Part shown: positions 20,746-31,376 of the stretch, in pieces
Position numbering within the stretch: the first letter of the stretch is position 1
Layout: each line of letters begins with the position of its first letter
Assembly (NCBI GenBank): GCA_965237675.1
Contig: OZ250150.1
Span: forward strand, 5,152,001-5,216,000
From: Candidatus Latescibacterota bacterium
GTDB lineage: Bacteria > Latescibacterota > UBA2968 > GCA-2709665
Length of the DNA stretch: 64,000 bases
Reading direction: 5' to 3'
Made by a program: the position numbers and the translations under genes
The notes under the pieces: generated by a model
Told to the model about the DNA's origin: nothing
Database searches by the model: none
The model's input: only the letters and a program-made list of their open reading frames with translations

Positions 20746-23733
20746 TCAACCTTTCGTACCTGCCCAACCGGAATTCAATATCGTTATCGTTTCGGTTGGA
20801 ATCGCAGGATAGTCCCGCACGGTAATCGCGTCTTCTGTGGCCGATTCAATCTCAAAACCCGTCCGGGGCGCCACGCCGGCCAGCAAATAGGAGCCGACGA
20901 CACCCTGCGGGTCCGGCAACGGGTCGGCAAGATGGAACGTCCGGTCCTCCACCGACTGCACCTTCAAAGTCGTGTTTGGCTCCCCACGCGAAATCTGTAA
21001 GTCGCCGCACTTCAGCGTCGTGCCGTTCAACAGATAGCCCTGAAGGGCTGCCCCCCGATCGTCCACCGACACAAAGGCAAACTGCCCGGCTACAGTCACC
21101 GGGCCCACCTTGCGCTCGATCTGATCCAGTGTTGAGATGATATAATCCGTCCGCCCAGCCAGCTTTACCTCAGCCGCAAGAACGCCGGAATCCGGATCAT
21201 TTTCCAGCAACCTCGCCCCAACCACCGGTGACCCTCCGGATTTGTAGGGCGCAACCACGGCGGCGTACCGGCTGGCAAGATCCGCATTGCCAACCCCGGC
21301 CCTGTTCTCCGCGAAAATCTGCCTGATCGCTGGTTTCTTCAACTCATCAATCGTCGAAACCCGCCATCCCGGAGCATCGCCGATCACGATCCGTTCCGGT
21401 GTATTGAGGAGTGTCAAATCCAGATTCACATCCCTGAACTGCCAGGTAAATGTGGTCGGTTCTTCCGGCGACATCCCGTGCGTATTCTCGAGCCACGTAC
21501 CCCAGGCCTCCGACACCTCCGTGGGCTGCGGGGCAGGCTCCGCCGGCCTGAATTCGATCGGCGAACCGTTGCAGTGGAAGTTGTACTGGTGGGTCCGCCC
21601 TCCTTTAACCCTGAAGAGATCCAAAATATAGACCTTTCCCTCAGGTGTGGTCACCATCACGCACGTGCGTCGATATTCTGTGCACTGGGGGTACACGTTC
21701 ACACCCGATGCCTGCACGATCTCGACACCGGGTGCAAGCCCGAACAGCTCCAGATTGGATCCGCACTCCCGTTTGGCCTGCTCCTCTTCATCCACGACCA
21801 CCAGATTGTGCGAAAAACTGCTTTTCATCCAGACCTGACCGCTTCGGCCGTCCGGAAGCAACTGGCCGCTTCCCGAGAAGTAGCCCCGATCAGAGGCCAG
21901 TTCCTCCCCATAGGCATAGATGCTGAAACTCAATACATCCTGCTGTCTATGACCCGTCTGCACCGTCCATTGATGCTCATTGCCGTTCAGAAAAAGTGCG
22001 GTATCCCCTTCCTTCCGCGCGCCTCGCAACACGCCGACGTGCCAGCCCGGGAACCACTCGGACCTCAGGGGCAGCGCAGTTGATTCGGCTCGGAGATCGT
22101 ATGGCCTGTACCACAGCGCGTATTGGGTGCCACTTTCTGAGAGTTGCCCCCCCTGTACAGTCTCCAGAAAACCGGCATACGCGCCGCCCAGTCGGGCGGC
22201 CAGTATCTCCACAGAACGAAGATCTGCACCTGTATCGTATCGGGTATCTCCAATAACGGGCATGCGGTTTTCCGGAGCCAGCAGCCTGACCAGAGACAGC
22301 AGGGAAAGATGAAAACGGCCGCCTGAAAACAGGTCCAACCCTTCGATCCGCTCGCCCTCCTCCGGCTGATACCCGGGCGGATCGCTGTATCCGTGCAGCA
22401 AATCCGTCAGTTCGTGCACATTTGAGAGGTTGTGTGCCCCGTAGGACGGCGACTCGGAGTAAAACCCGTCGTGGTGGTAGCGTTCTTCCAGCATTCGGTG
22501 AAAACCGTCCAGCGCACGCCGGACCCTCTCAGGCTGTTCCAGAAGCATCCCCACCGCGGCGATCAACGCAAAGACTGCCGTCCCCTTGTTGCTGAGAGAA
22601 TTCCAATGTTCCATATCCACACACCCGGCCAGAATAAGATCCTCCAGAATCCGACGCTCCGACTCCTCACCGAGCATCGGACGACCGTCCGGGTGTTCCG
22701 CGCCGCGAATCAAATCAAAGGCAACCGTCAATGCAATCAACGCCCCGGCGTCGCTTCCCTTCCCATGAACGCTCATCCGGCCGGCGCCCCAGAACCCATT
22801 GTTCATCGTAGAATAATCTTTAAACTGGTGCAAACCGTACGCATGGCGAATCGCGGCCCTCGGGAAACGTCCCCCGTGAGGTCCACCCGCCTCCTCCGCT
22901 CTGCCCATATTGGCAGCCACCTCCGCAGGCGGTAGATCCGCAATGCTGCCGTCGTAAGAATGATAGAGATAGTTCGGGAACACCCGGGCAAACCGATCCA
23001 GAATCCATGCCGCCCGCTGTGCGTATCCGATCTCCCCCGTGACCGCGTAGAGCTTTGCCAGCGTCAACGCCTGCTCCTGTGCCCAGCCCACCTTGCGATC
23101 GCGAAGTTGACCGCTGAAACTCGTCATCGTGGGTCGGTCCCCAAGCCACTTTAGAGCATGCTCCGCCCGATACTCCGGATCGGCCACTTCTTCCGAGGTC
23201 TGATAGTAGGTAAACCGTTGACCCATGCGCGGACACTCCAGCACACCGGTCTCGGGGTACTGCTCGTTCGGGTAAACTGTGCCGCATGCGCTGCAGGTAA
23301 TCTCATCCGGATCCTCAATTCGCCAGTCGAAGTGCCCGCTGCCCATCAACGATCGCTCACCCACGCAGTGCGGGCAGTTCTGACCGTAGTGGGTTCCGGG
23401 CGTCAACTCCGGGATGAAGGTATCGAAGAACGCACGATGCTGATGGGCCGCAAACTCAACATCCCGCTTCAACCCACTCACAATATCCTTCGCCCAGCTG
23501 TAGCGTCTCAGATTCTCTCGAGCATTTTCGATATCCCGCGGTTTGTACATCGTGCGCGGTCCAGCCTGGGCGCTCTTGAACCCCGCCAGCAGAAAAAACA
23601 CGAGGGACAACAAAAACACATACATTTCGATTCTCGAAGACCCCATGTCGAACGTCGACGATGGTACGCCGAGTATCGCCACACCAACCACTCCTGCCAC
23701 GGACCCCAGACCCGCGATATTTGTCCGTTTCAT
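20746..23733 (-). CDS. heparinase II/III-like polysaccharide lyase, exported
   Basis: AQA cleavage site, DGFYSESPSY, GHRQQD, SHNLVVVD, YRRT..ILDLFRVKGG; AAGGAG RBS. Confidence 0.82.
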   Translation of the reverse strand: MKRTNIAGLGSVAGVVGVAILGVPSSTFDMGSSRIEMYVFLLSLVFFLLAGFKSAQAGPRTMYKPRDIENARENLRRYSWAKDIVSGLKRDVEFAAHQHRAFFDTFIPELTPGTHYGQNCPHCVGERSLMGSGHFDWRIEDPDEITCSACGTVYPNEQYPETGVLECPRMGQRFTYYQTSEEVADPEYRAEHALKWLGDRPTMTSFSGQLRDRKVGWAQEQALTLAKLYAVTGEIGYAQRAAWILDRFARVFPNYLYHSYDGSIADLPPAEVAANMGRAEEAGGPHGGRFPRAAIRHAYGLHQFKDYSTMNNGFWGAGRMSVHGKGSDAGALIALTVAFDLIRGAEHPDGRPMLGEESERRILEDLILAGCVDMEHWNSLSNKGTAVFALIAAVGMLLEQPERVRRALDGFHRMLEERYHHDGFYSESPSYGAHNLSNVHELTDLLHGYSDPPGYQPEEGERIEGLDLFSGGRFHLSLLSLVRLLAPENRMPVIGDTRYDTGADLRSVEILAARLGGAYAGFLETVQGGQLSESGTQYALWYRPYDLRAESTALPLRSEWFPGWHVGVLRGARKEGDTALFLNGNEHQWTVQTGHRQQDVLSFSIYAYGEELASDRGYFSGSGQLLPDGRSGQVWMKSSFSHNLVVVDEEEQAKRECGSNLELFGLAPGVEIVQASGVNVYPQCTEYRRTCVMVTTPEGKVYILDLFRVKGGRTHQYNFHCNGSPIEFRPAEPAPQPTEVSEAWGTWLENTHGMSPEEPTTFTWQFRDVNLDLTLLNTPERIVIGDAPGWRVSTIDELKKPAIRQIFAENRAGVGNADLASRYAAVVAPYKSGGSPVVGARLLENDPDSGVLAAEVKLAGRTDYIISTLDQIERKVGPVTVAGQFAFVSVDDRGAALQGYLLNGTTLKCGDLQISRGEPNTTLKVQSVEDRTFHLADPLPDPQGVVGSYLLAGVAPRTGFEIESATEDAITVRDYPAIPTETITILNSGWAGTKG

Positions 23734-23750
23734 TTCGGTTTCTCCTTGAC

Positions 23751-24572
23751 TCAGTGGCCGTAGAGCGAATCCGCTGTCTTACCTAAGATCCATGCTTTGT
23801 CATCATCCGACAGAAAATCCATCGCTTCCTCAACGACACGGAAACCAACAGCCTCGCCACGCTGAGGATCCTCCGGAAATCCCGTACACCCCAGCATCCT
23901 GCGGGATCCGAAAGCCTCGTATACGGCCTTGACATAGGGAAAGACATCCTCGTGCGGCCATGGCTTCGCGGAGATCCCGCAGATCCGTGTGGCCTTTACG
24001 AAGAGATTCGGGTATTTCGCCGCCTCAAGCAGATGCCGGAAACTGCCGTCCAACCCCTCCGAAAGGAAGGGCTCGCCCAGATGATCCACAATCACGTTCA
24101 CCTCGGGAAATCGCTGCAACATCGGCTCCAGCAACGGAATCTGATGGCAGCGGCCGAACCACGTGAACGGAACCCGCAGCCTTCGGGCCGTATCCCAAAG
24201 CGTTTTCTGATCATCGCGTGACAACCAGGACGCATCCTTATCCTTAACCGGATACAACCGCATCCCCTGCACCCCATGTTCGCGGTGCAATCGCTCCATC
24301 TCTTCAGCAGCGCCCGCTTTCAAGGGATCGATCAACGCCACCCCGTGCAGACGGTCCGGAAATCGTCGCATAGAGTCACACATATAACTATTGTCATATC
24401 CGTGATACATACATTGAATGAGCACGGTGCGGTCGATGTCATTGAGATCCATGAACCCAATGAGATCTTCGACGATGCCCGGATACTCGGGCCGTTGTGT
24501 TGACATTTCGTCGTTGTGGGTGAACGGCGGCGACCCCATGGTCCACACGTGCACGTGAGAATCGATTCGCAT
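23751..24572 (-). CDS. amidohydrolase family protein (Amidohydro_2, lactonase-like)
   Basis: IDSHVHVW, GYDNSY, GMRL, VDHLG; GGAG RBS. Confidence 0.85.
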   Translation of the reverse strand: MRIDSHVHVWTMGSPPFTHNDEMSTQRPEYPGIVEDLIGFMDLNDIDRTVLIQCMYHGYDNSYMCDSMRRFPDRLHGVALIDPLKAGAAEEMERLHREHGVQGMRLYPVKDKDASWLSRDDQKTLWDTARRLRVPFTWFGRCHQIPLLEPMLQRFPEVNVIVDHLGEPFLSEGLDGSFRHLLEAAKYPNLFVKATRICGISAKPWPHEDVFPYVKAVYEAFGSRRMLGCTGFPEDPQRGEAVGFRVVEEAMDFLSDDDKAWILGKTADSLYGH

Positions 24573-24610
24573 GGTCTCCTCCCTCTCGAAAAAGCGTCCA
24601 ATCTTTACTT

Positions 24611-25561
24611 TCACACCCGATTATCCCCGTCAGGCTCGAATGACGCGTGGACCCGTACCCGATCCGCCAGAACAAGCTTACACAGGGCATCAAGCGTAAT
24701 TCCCACCGGATGCATCTCCGTCTGTTTGGATAAATCCCGGATGGATCTGAGTATCAACTCCAGGTTCCGCGTTGCAGGATGCTCAGGATCGGAATAATCC
24801 TGATCGTTGTGAGTATCTGTCACAATGACGGGAAACCGGGGCCTATCGGCCAGAAAACGATCCAGCACGTTCTGAACAATCGCCCTGTGGTCGTACCGGT
24901 GTGGTACATAGGACCATTCGTATCCCCGTTCGCCCGCGTGGCCCTGTTGAACCGGCCGGTCGAACGCGGCAGATACGGGCACGTTGATGAAATCGCTTTC
25001 ACCGCGAATCAAGCGGCATCCCGGATGGGCCCGGTGGGGATAGGGCTCCGCCCCCGCCCAGATGCTATGGTGTAGGGGCAAAACCCGCCCAGGGTTTGAG
25101 AGGCTGCCGCCCGCAAATCCCAACCCGTTCAGCACACGAAACGTCTCATCATTGGCCGAAAAGTAGCCGGCCCTGAAGTAACGAGGCGGGCTACCCAGCG
25201 CGGATTCCCACACCTGCATCGCCTCGCTGACGATCCCGGACTGTTCTCCGGCGGAATACACCCCGAGGTCATATTTATATTTCCCGCCCCTAAGCTTGTA
25301 CGGATGTAAATGCAGCCCCAGACACGCGCCGTGCTCCCGCAGTGCCAGAAGCAGATCCGCATTCTCGGATGCGACTTCCGGATGCGCAAAGAGCGTCACC
25401 GGAAATCCATTCGCGGCCGCCGTTTCGACATAGGCACGGATCGACCGTCCGCTTTCTCGATAGTCAACAGGGCCGCTGCCCGACATCCGGATTGCATAGG
25501 GCGTCAGGTCTGATCTGGCGGTCTCGCAGTCCATTGTCAACAGCACGTAGACCGTCCTCAA
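24611..25561 (-). CDS. polysaccharide deacetylase-like (NodB/CE4 fold) protein
   Basis: LTMDCE, GLHLHP, FRAG, THN motifs; TTG start with GAGGTG RBS. Confidence 0.7.
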   Translation of the reverse strand: MRTVYVLLTMDCETARSDLTPYAIRMSGSGPVDYRESGRSIRAYVETAAANGFPVTLFAHPEVASENADLLLALREHGACLGLHLHPYKLRGGKYKYDLGVYSAGEQSGIVSEAMQVWESALGSPPRYFRAGYFSANDETFRVLNGLGFAGGSLSNPGRVLPLHHSIWAGAEPYPHRAHPGCRLIRGESDFINVPVSAAFDRPVQQGHAGERGYEWSYVPHRYDHRAIVQNVLDRFLADRPRFPVIVTDTHNDQDYSDPEHPATRNLELILRSIRDLSKQTEMHPVGITLDALCKLVLADRVRVHASFEPDGDNRV

Positions 25562-25624
25562 ATCACACCTCTACCCGACGCGACATTCATCGTAAACACC
25601 CTGCGCTACAATACCGGTTCAGCT

Positions 25625-26494
25625 CTATCCGCGCCAATCCATGTCGATACTGGTATAACCATGCGTATATTCTTGTAGATGGTCCGGCAAATTCTCCAAA
25701 AACCATCTGCCCGACTGCGGGATCTCCCACGGAACATCGATTCTGTGCTTGCGGTCTCTGAACCCGATGGCGCACGACAGTCTTGTCTCCTCCAGCCGGT
25801 TGGGAAACGCGCCATGGTACGTCCGGTGAGCAAATACAATCATATCCCCGCCCTGTGTAAACAACGGCACAAGCCCGGGAATATCAAACTCGGCATAAGG
25901 TCGCTCTTCCTCGCCCTCGGGGTAAAACGACCGCCTGTCCGCCGTCATCCTGAACCCCTCCGGCCCTTCCCAATCTTCCACATGGGAATCTTCAATGACA
26001 CACAATCCGCCATGAACCGGGCGCGATCCCGTCAGATAGAACCACTTGCCCGACGGCCAGAGGCCGCGATTCAAAATATCACCCGAATTCCTGATCCGTG
26101 TCGAATACCCGCACCAATCCGTATGCCACGCCACAGCCTGAGACCCCGACATCCGGATTATCGCGGCCGACCGATGTACGGTCAGCTTATCCGTACCGAT
26201 CAAATGCCGATGAATATCCATGAAGGGTTCATACTCCAGGAGCGTCCATGCTCCCGGCCCGGATTCAATCCACGCATGGCGTGTACGGCTCTGACCCGGC
26301 GCCAGCGCGCCCTCCGTATCGGTGCCGTCATACACCGCCTGCTTGAGCTTCTCAACCCGTTCCGGCGGCAGCACATCTTTGATGATCGCAAACCCATGCG
26401 CCTCCAGACATTCGCCCATTGCGTCCAGATTCTCAACGCCAAACTCGTACCGATATCCGGTGTCGGGCTTCTGAACGTGTGAATAATCTTCCAT
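25625..26494 (-). CDS. PhyH-like Fe(II)/2OG dioxygenase with canonical HxD
   Basis: HGFAIIKDVL, WHTD, GGLCVIEDSH, GDMIVFAHRTYHG, R. Confidence 0.85.
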   Translation of the reverse strand: MEDYSHVQKPDTGYRYEFGVENLDAMGECLEAHGFAIIKDVLPPERVEKLKQAVYDGTDTEGALAPGQSRTRHAWIESGPGAWTLLEYEPFMDIHRHLIGTDKLTVHRSAAIIRMSGSQAVAWHTDWCGYSTRIRNSGDILNRGLWPSGKWFYLTGSRPVHGGLCVIEDSHVEDWEGPEGFRMTADRRSFYPEGEEERPYAEFDIPGLVPLFTQGGDMIVFAHRTYHGAFPNRLEETRLSCAIGFRDRKHRIDVPWEIPQSGRWFLENLPDHLQEYTHGYTSIDMDWRG

Positions 26495-26641
26495 CGCTCT
26501 ATCGCTCTCGTTTAATGTCTTTCCCGCCAGGCTTTTTTTTCGACACGCCCCTTCGAACACGTCGCAGGGGTTTGGGACAACGTGCACCTATCGAACGGCA
26601 GCGTGATCTCCGCGCGTCGGGAGACGTGACAAGAAATCCTC

Positions 26642-27451
26642 TCAATCCCCGACAGCAGTGCGCATCATTGGATCCGCCGAACTCATGTAACGGTCCACGG
26701 TATTCCGCGTCGCCGGCCGGGTACGAAAATCGGCAATCCACGGCTCACGAAAATAGGCTTGCTTCTCTCGCGGCAGACCGTCCAGCACTTCGGGAGGTAC
26801 ACGCAGCCGGTGCCAGTGTGTTGCCAGGTGCGAATAGGCGTGCAATACGGCAATACGTGGTGTATCGCGGGTCCACTCGGGCCCAACGTGGCACACATTC
26901 TCGGTAAAAAATATGGCGCTGCCGGCCGGGCACGCATATCCCATCAGGAAGGGGCTTCGCTCACCCGGCTCCATCGAAAGATGATCAGGATGCATTTCAA
27001 AATTCGCCTTATGGCTGCCGACGATGAAATGCGTGGCCCCATCTTCCGGTTGCACATCCGTCAACTCGAAAACCACGCGCACCATCCCCGCGTGAATGCG
27101 CCCGTTCTGGCAACGGTACCCAAATATCGGATCGATCTGGCTGGGCCCGCCGCCGTGAAGCCCCCCGCCGTGGGAATCCCCTTTTTTACGCCATACGCAG
27201 TAACAACCTTCCATTCGAATCTCGGGTCCGATAACCTCCCGCAAGACCTCCACGACCTTCGGGTGATCGATCAAAGCACTTGACGCCCCCCCTGGAACCG
27301 TACGATGTTCGGGCGGCAGTGCGTCCGGATCGTGTACGATGCGATCAATCTGCTCGACAATGGATTCAATCTCATCCTGATTCAGAATGGCAGGACGCAC
27401 CAGAAAGCCCGTCAGGTCAAACCGAAACTTCTCTTCATCCGTCATACCCAT
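26642..27451 (-). CDS. PhyH-like Fe(II)/2OG enzyme, HGG motif
   Basis: FDLTGFLV, LHGGG, GSHKAN, AGSAIFFTENVCH; GGAGG RBS. Confidence 0.85.
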   Translation of the reverse strand: MGMTDEEKFRFDLTGFLVRPAILNQDEIESIVEQIDRIVHDPDALPPEHRTVPGGASSALIDHPKVVEVLREVIGPEIRMEGCYCVWRKKGDSHGGGLHGGGPSQIDPIFGYRCQNGRIHAGMVRVVFELTDVQPEDGATHFIVGSHKANFEMHPDHLSMEPGERSPFLMGYACPAGSAIFFTENVCHVGPEWTRDTPRIAVLHAYSHLATHWHRLRVPPEVLDGLPREKQAYFREPWIADFRTRPATRNTVDRYMSSADPMMRTAVGD

Positions 27452-27644
27452 CTCGATTCCTCCGGAGTATGGTTCGCTAATGGCCCAGACTACCGAAATA
27501 TAAACAAACACCCTTAACGTGCAAACTCCCTTCGATGGGTCCCGACCCAAGACCGAAAAACCCTTTCAGAGAGGCACCCAGATGTTATCTTGTTTCCAAA
27601 TGAAAAAGCCGGAAAAGGCCTTTGGGAACAAAGGAGGTGACAGG

Positions 27645-30164
27645 ATGGATGACTTCGATACGCAGCAATGGATACACCCGGCCGGATTCGTGGATGCGGC
27701 AATCCTGGAAGAAATCAAGCGGAAGATCCGATCCCACGACTGGGCAAAAAAGGCCGTCGAGGAATTGCGGGAGAGTGTGCAGCCGTGGATGGCGCAATCC
27801 CTCGGCCGGATCGAGTCGCTGATGCCGAAGCGGAAGATGCAGGTATACTGGCTGCTGATGTGTCCTGTGTGCCATGAAAGGCTCAGGTTCGAACCATTCA
27901 ACGATCGCGAAGTCACTTGCCAACGGTGCGACGAAGCCCACGCGCTAAGTCAGCAATCCAAGGCGGTACATCTGACCGGCAAATACGCAGGGACCTTATA
28001 CGAAGGCTGGGGATGCTACTATATCCAGGCGATGGCAACCGCGGCACAAAACCTTGCGCTGTTGTACGCTCTCGATATGGATCGCACATACGCCGAAAGA
28101 AGCGCCGGGATCCTGAAGCTATTTGCAAAACACATTCAATCCCTACCCGTTCACGGGAGCGGCACCCAACATGTGATCTGGACCTATAATATGGAGGGCG
28201 ACTGCGTTATCGTGCTCGCGCTGTCGGAAGCCTATGAACTCCTCAGGTCCACCCACAACCTCTTTACCGCGCGAGAACACCGGCAGATCCAACGGAATCT
28301 GCTTCAACACTGGGCAGACGCGGTGTTCCGGGTCGAGGAGGACAGCAGCCCGCGACACAACGGGATGTACGCCTATCTCAGTTCGGTAGCGATGGTCGGC
28401 TGCGCCATCGAGAGCGCCGACTATGTGAACTGGGCTCTTGGCCATGGGATTTACGCTTCTGAACGGCGCCCCGACCACCGAGGCATCCGCTGGCTCACCC
28501 GGAATAACTACCTGGAAGACGGGGGATTCTGGGGCCTGTGCAGTGCATACCATCTGTATGCCCTCGGACCGAACTGCCGTGCACTCGTACTCGGCCACAG
28601 GCTCTCGCGTCAGATGCCGGACCTGTTCCCGCCGGATATCTATGACGAATTGCACCCCGGGAACAGCAGTTACGTCGCCGTGCGCCGCGCCATCAAATGG
28701 TTCACAGCACAGGCATTTCCGGATCTGACCGTAGCGCCAACAGGAGATATGGGAGGGCGCGCGAGTCTTGCCAGTTATCCGCTCACGGCCGAAATCGGAT
28801 ATCGCTACCTGAACGTTGACGAAACAGGTTCGTACCGCGAACTTCGGGAGGGTGACAGAGGATTGACCGGACTCCTGTTCGGCGCAGACACCATTGAAAA
28901 TAAATCTGTACCCTACCGGAGCGCCAACCTCTCGAGCGGGTACGTGGCATTGAAAAGGGAAGCCGGCGGCAACCGTCTGTACGCTGGCCTCAACGCTCTC
29001 CTGCCGGGATCGGGACACGCCCACGCGGATCGACTGAATCTAATCACCTATTCCCATGACCGGATGCTAACCGGCGAGAAGCGCACTCGCTACGAAGATC
29101 CCGACCAGCGTATATACAGTGGGGCGTCATACGCCCATAATACCGTAACCGTGGATGAAACGTCCCAGGTTCACGGGGACCAACTCAAGAATGAACAGAT
29201 TCCGTACATCCATTCATTCGTCGATCTTCCGGCGGGCCAGGTGGCCGAAGCCCACGGAGACCGCATTTATGGGCAGACGGCGATCTACCGGCGGATCGTT
29301 TGCCAGTTCGACACGTATCTACTGGATATCTTTCGCGTCCAGGGAGGGAAAACACATGACTGGTTTTACCACGGTATTGGAGAGACGCCAGAGATCCGGC
29401 TCCCCATGAAGGACAGAACCGGATTCGACCCGGCGCTTTATGTGATGCGGGGCGAACAGGAATACAAGGAGGGACTGGCGGAGGAGGCTTTCGCTGCGAC
29501 GTGGCGCATACCGGGCGAGCCCGAATCCTCTCATCGCGGCAGGCGAAAAGAAATGTTTTCCAGGGTTACCGTGTCGGGGTCGCCGGGTCAGGTTGCATTC
29601 CATCTGAACACATATCCGGACCCCGGCAGACACAGCCTCCTGGTTCGCCATCAATGCACAGATGCGCCGTTTGTTGCCGTCCACGAGGCCTACGTCGACA
29701 AACCCCGGGCTACCGATGTCCGGACTCTTCCGGTCGACGCCGCAACCATCGTCCAGATCTCGCACGCGGACGGTGGTAAACGTCATGCGATCTACGGCTC
29801 CGGTTCCGGGCCCGGTGGCCTCGGGCTGCGCGGCCGTTTCGCCGCAATTTGCCGGGACCCCGCCGGGCGGCCGTTGAGCATAATAATGGTCCACGCGAAA
29901 GAATTCAGTTCCGGCGGACTCCGCATCCGGGCGGAGCGGAACATTACAATGTCGGCCGTTTTCAACGACGAATCGATTCAGCTTGCATCCTGTCCACCGG
30001 TGGCCTACGAAACGCTGGAGGGACAATCTGTCTACAGAACCGGCCGCGATACCGAAATATGTATCGACATCCCGCAGGACGGATCGCGATCGGGGGATCG
30101 CATACAGACCCGGCTGCCGGGACAGACAGACAGCGGGCCTGTGTGCATCGAGGTAACGCGATAA
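27645..30164 (+). CDS. heparinase II/III-like polysaccharide lyase, no signal peptide
   Basis: HN, DGGFW..YH, GHAHAD, AHNTVTVD, YRR..LLDIFRVQGG; AAGGAGGT RBS before ATG 27645. Confidence 0.8.
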   Translation: MDDFDTQQWIHPAGFVDAAILEEIKRKIRSHDWAKKAVEELRESVQPWMAQSLGRIESLMPKRKMQVYWLLMCPVCHERLRFEPFNDREVTCQRCDEAHALSQQSKAVHLTGKYAGTLYEGWGCYYIQAMATAAQNLALLYALDMDRTYAERSAGILKLFAKHIQSLPVHGSGTQHVIWTYNMEGDCVIVLALSEAYELLRSTHNLFTAREHRQIQRNLLQHWADAVFRVEEDSSPRHNGMYAYLSSVAMVGCAIESADYVNWALGHGIYASERRPDHRGIRWLTRNNYLEDGGFWGLCSAYHLYALGPNCRALVLGHRLSRQMPDLFPPDIYDELHPGNSSYVAVRRAIKWFTAQAFPDLTVAPTGDMGGRASLASYPLTAEIGYRYLNVDETGSYRELREGDRGLTGLLFGADTIENKSVPYRSANLSSGYVALKREAGGNRLYAGLNALLPGSGHAHADRLNLITYSHDRMLTGEKRTRYEDPDQRIYSGASYAHNTVTVDETSQVHGDQLKNEQIPYIHSFVDLPAGQVAEAHGDRIYGQTAIYRRIVCQFDTYLLDIFRVQGGKTHDWFYHGIGETPEIRLPMKDRTGFDPALYVMRGEQEYKEGLAEEAFAATWRIPGEPESSHRGRRKEMFSRVTVSGSPGQVAFHLNTYPDPGRHSLLVRHQCTDAPFVAVHEAYVDKPRATDVRTLPVDAATIVQISHADGGKRHAIYGSGSGPGGLGLRGRFAAICRDPAGRPLSIIMVHAKEFSSGGLRIRAERNITMSAVFNDESIQLASCPPVAYETLEGQSVYRTGRDTEICIDIPQDGSRSGDRIQTRLPGQTDSGPVCIEVTR

Positions 30165-30335
30165 CACGGGCCCGATCGTCACATTCCCCACTTCAAAGGC
30201 CCGACCGGACTGCAGCGTATCTCGTGCGATCCACACCGCGCCGGCATAGGCCTACACGCTGCGGGTGGATGAATTGTCCCTATCTGGAAAACCGGGGCAC
30301 CCCAAAAGCGACATCGCTCCAAACGAATAAACCCT

Positions 30336-31304
30336 TCACTTCCTGCTGCCGCCGGCGTCCGCAATTTTGGGGCTGCCCGGCCCGACGGCATTCCGTACCG
30401 CAAAGTAGTCTTCGCGGGACAGTTGCTTCCCCGCCGCCCCCACGGCCTCGGCGATCTGATCGGGCGTCTTGATTCCACAAATCGCTACGTGAATCGACGG
30501 ATGCATCAGCGTGGCGCACAGCACCAACTGGTAAATCGTCAGGGCGTTGCGTTCCGCAATCGGCTTCAAGCTTTGCACCTTCGCACACAATTCTTCAAAC
30601 CGGTCTCCCTGAAAATCGGGATGATTGTTCCGAAAATCGTCAAACGTCTCTCTTCCTGTGTACTTCCCGCTGAGCAGTCCCTTGTGCATGGGCGAATAGA
30701 TCATCACCCCGACATTCTCCGACTGACAATAGGGCAACAGATCGCTCTCCCCGGCCGGCTCGATCAAACTGTACGGAGGCTGAATAACGGAATAGGCACC
30801 GAAGCGGCGCTGCGCACGGCATTGTTCGACTGTATGGTTGCTGAGGCCGAAACAGCGAATCTTTCCTTTATCCCGGAGTTTTTCGAGGGTTCCCGCGATA
30901 TCGGCAAGCGGCGTCAATGGGTCGTACATATGCAGCAGGTAAAGATCGATGGTCTCGACTCCCATCCGCTTGAGGGAAACGTCGCAACGCGCCACAATGT
31001 GTTCGGGAGAAAGATCGGGGCACCTTGAACCGTCGGGATTGAAATGATTGAACACTTTGGTCGCCAGTACGAGTTCGTCTCTCGGCAGATCTCTTACAAC
31101 CTCACCCAGCACGGTCTCAGCATAACCATCCCCGTAGGCCTCTGCTGTATCGAAAAAGTTGATTCCGCGGTCGAACGCGAACTTCATCGCAGCCATCGCG
31201 TCGTCCTTCGACTGCGGCCCCCAAAATCGGGGACTAAGCTGCCACGTGCCCACGGCTGTCGGTGAAACCGACAGGCCGCTTTCCCCAAGCACGACACGGT
31301 CCAT
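30336..31304 (-). CDS. aldo/keto reductase
   Basis: GINFFDTAEAYG, ATK, IDLYLLH, GLSN, YSPM. Confidence 0.93.
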   Translation of the reverse strand: MDRVVLGESGLSVSPTAVGTWQLSPRFWGPQSKDDAMAAMKFAFDRGINFFDTAEAYGDGYAETVLGEVVRDLPRDELVLATKVFNHFNPDGSRCPDLSPEHIVARCDVSLKRMGVETIDLYLLHMYDPLTPLADIAGTLEKLRDKGKIRCFGLSNHTVEQCRAQRRFGAYSVIQPPYSLIEPAGESDLLPYCQSENVGVMIYSPMHKGLLSGKYTGRETFDDFRNNHPDFQGDRFEELCAKVQSLKPIAERNALTIYQLVLCATLMHPSIHVAICGIKTPDQIAEAVGAAGKQLSREDYFAVRNAVGPGSPKIADAGGSRK

Positions 31305-31376
31305 TCCTATTCCTCCCGTAGTCGACGGGTGTTTTGGCTCTTCGCAACGTTTCCCTGGCGAACCCCGGTGGATCCG

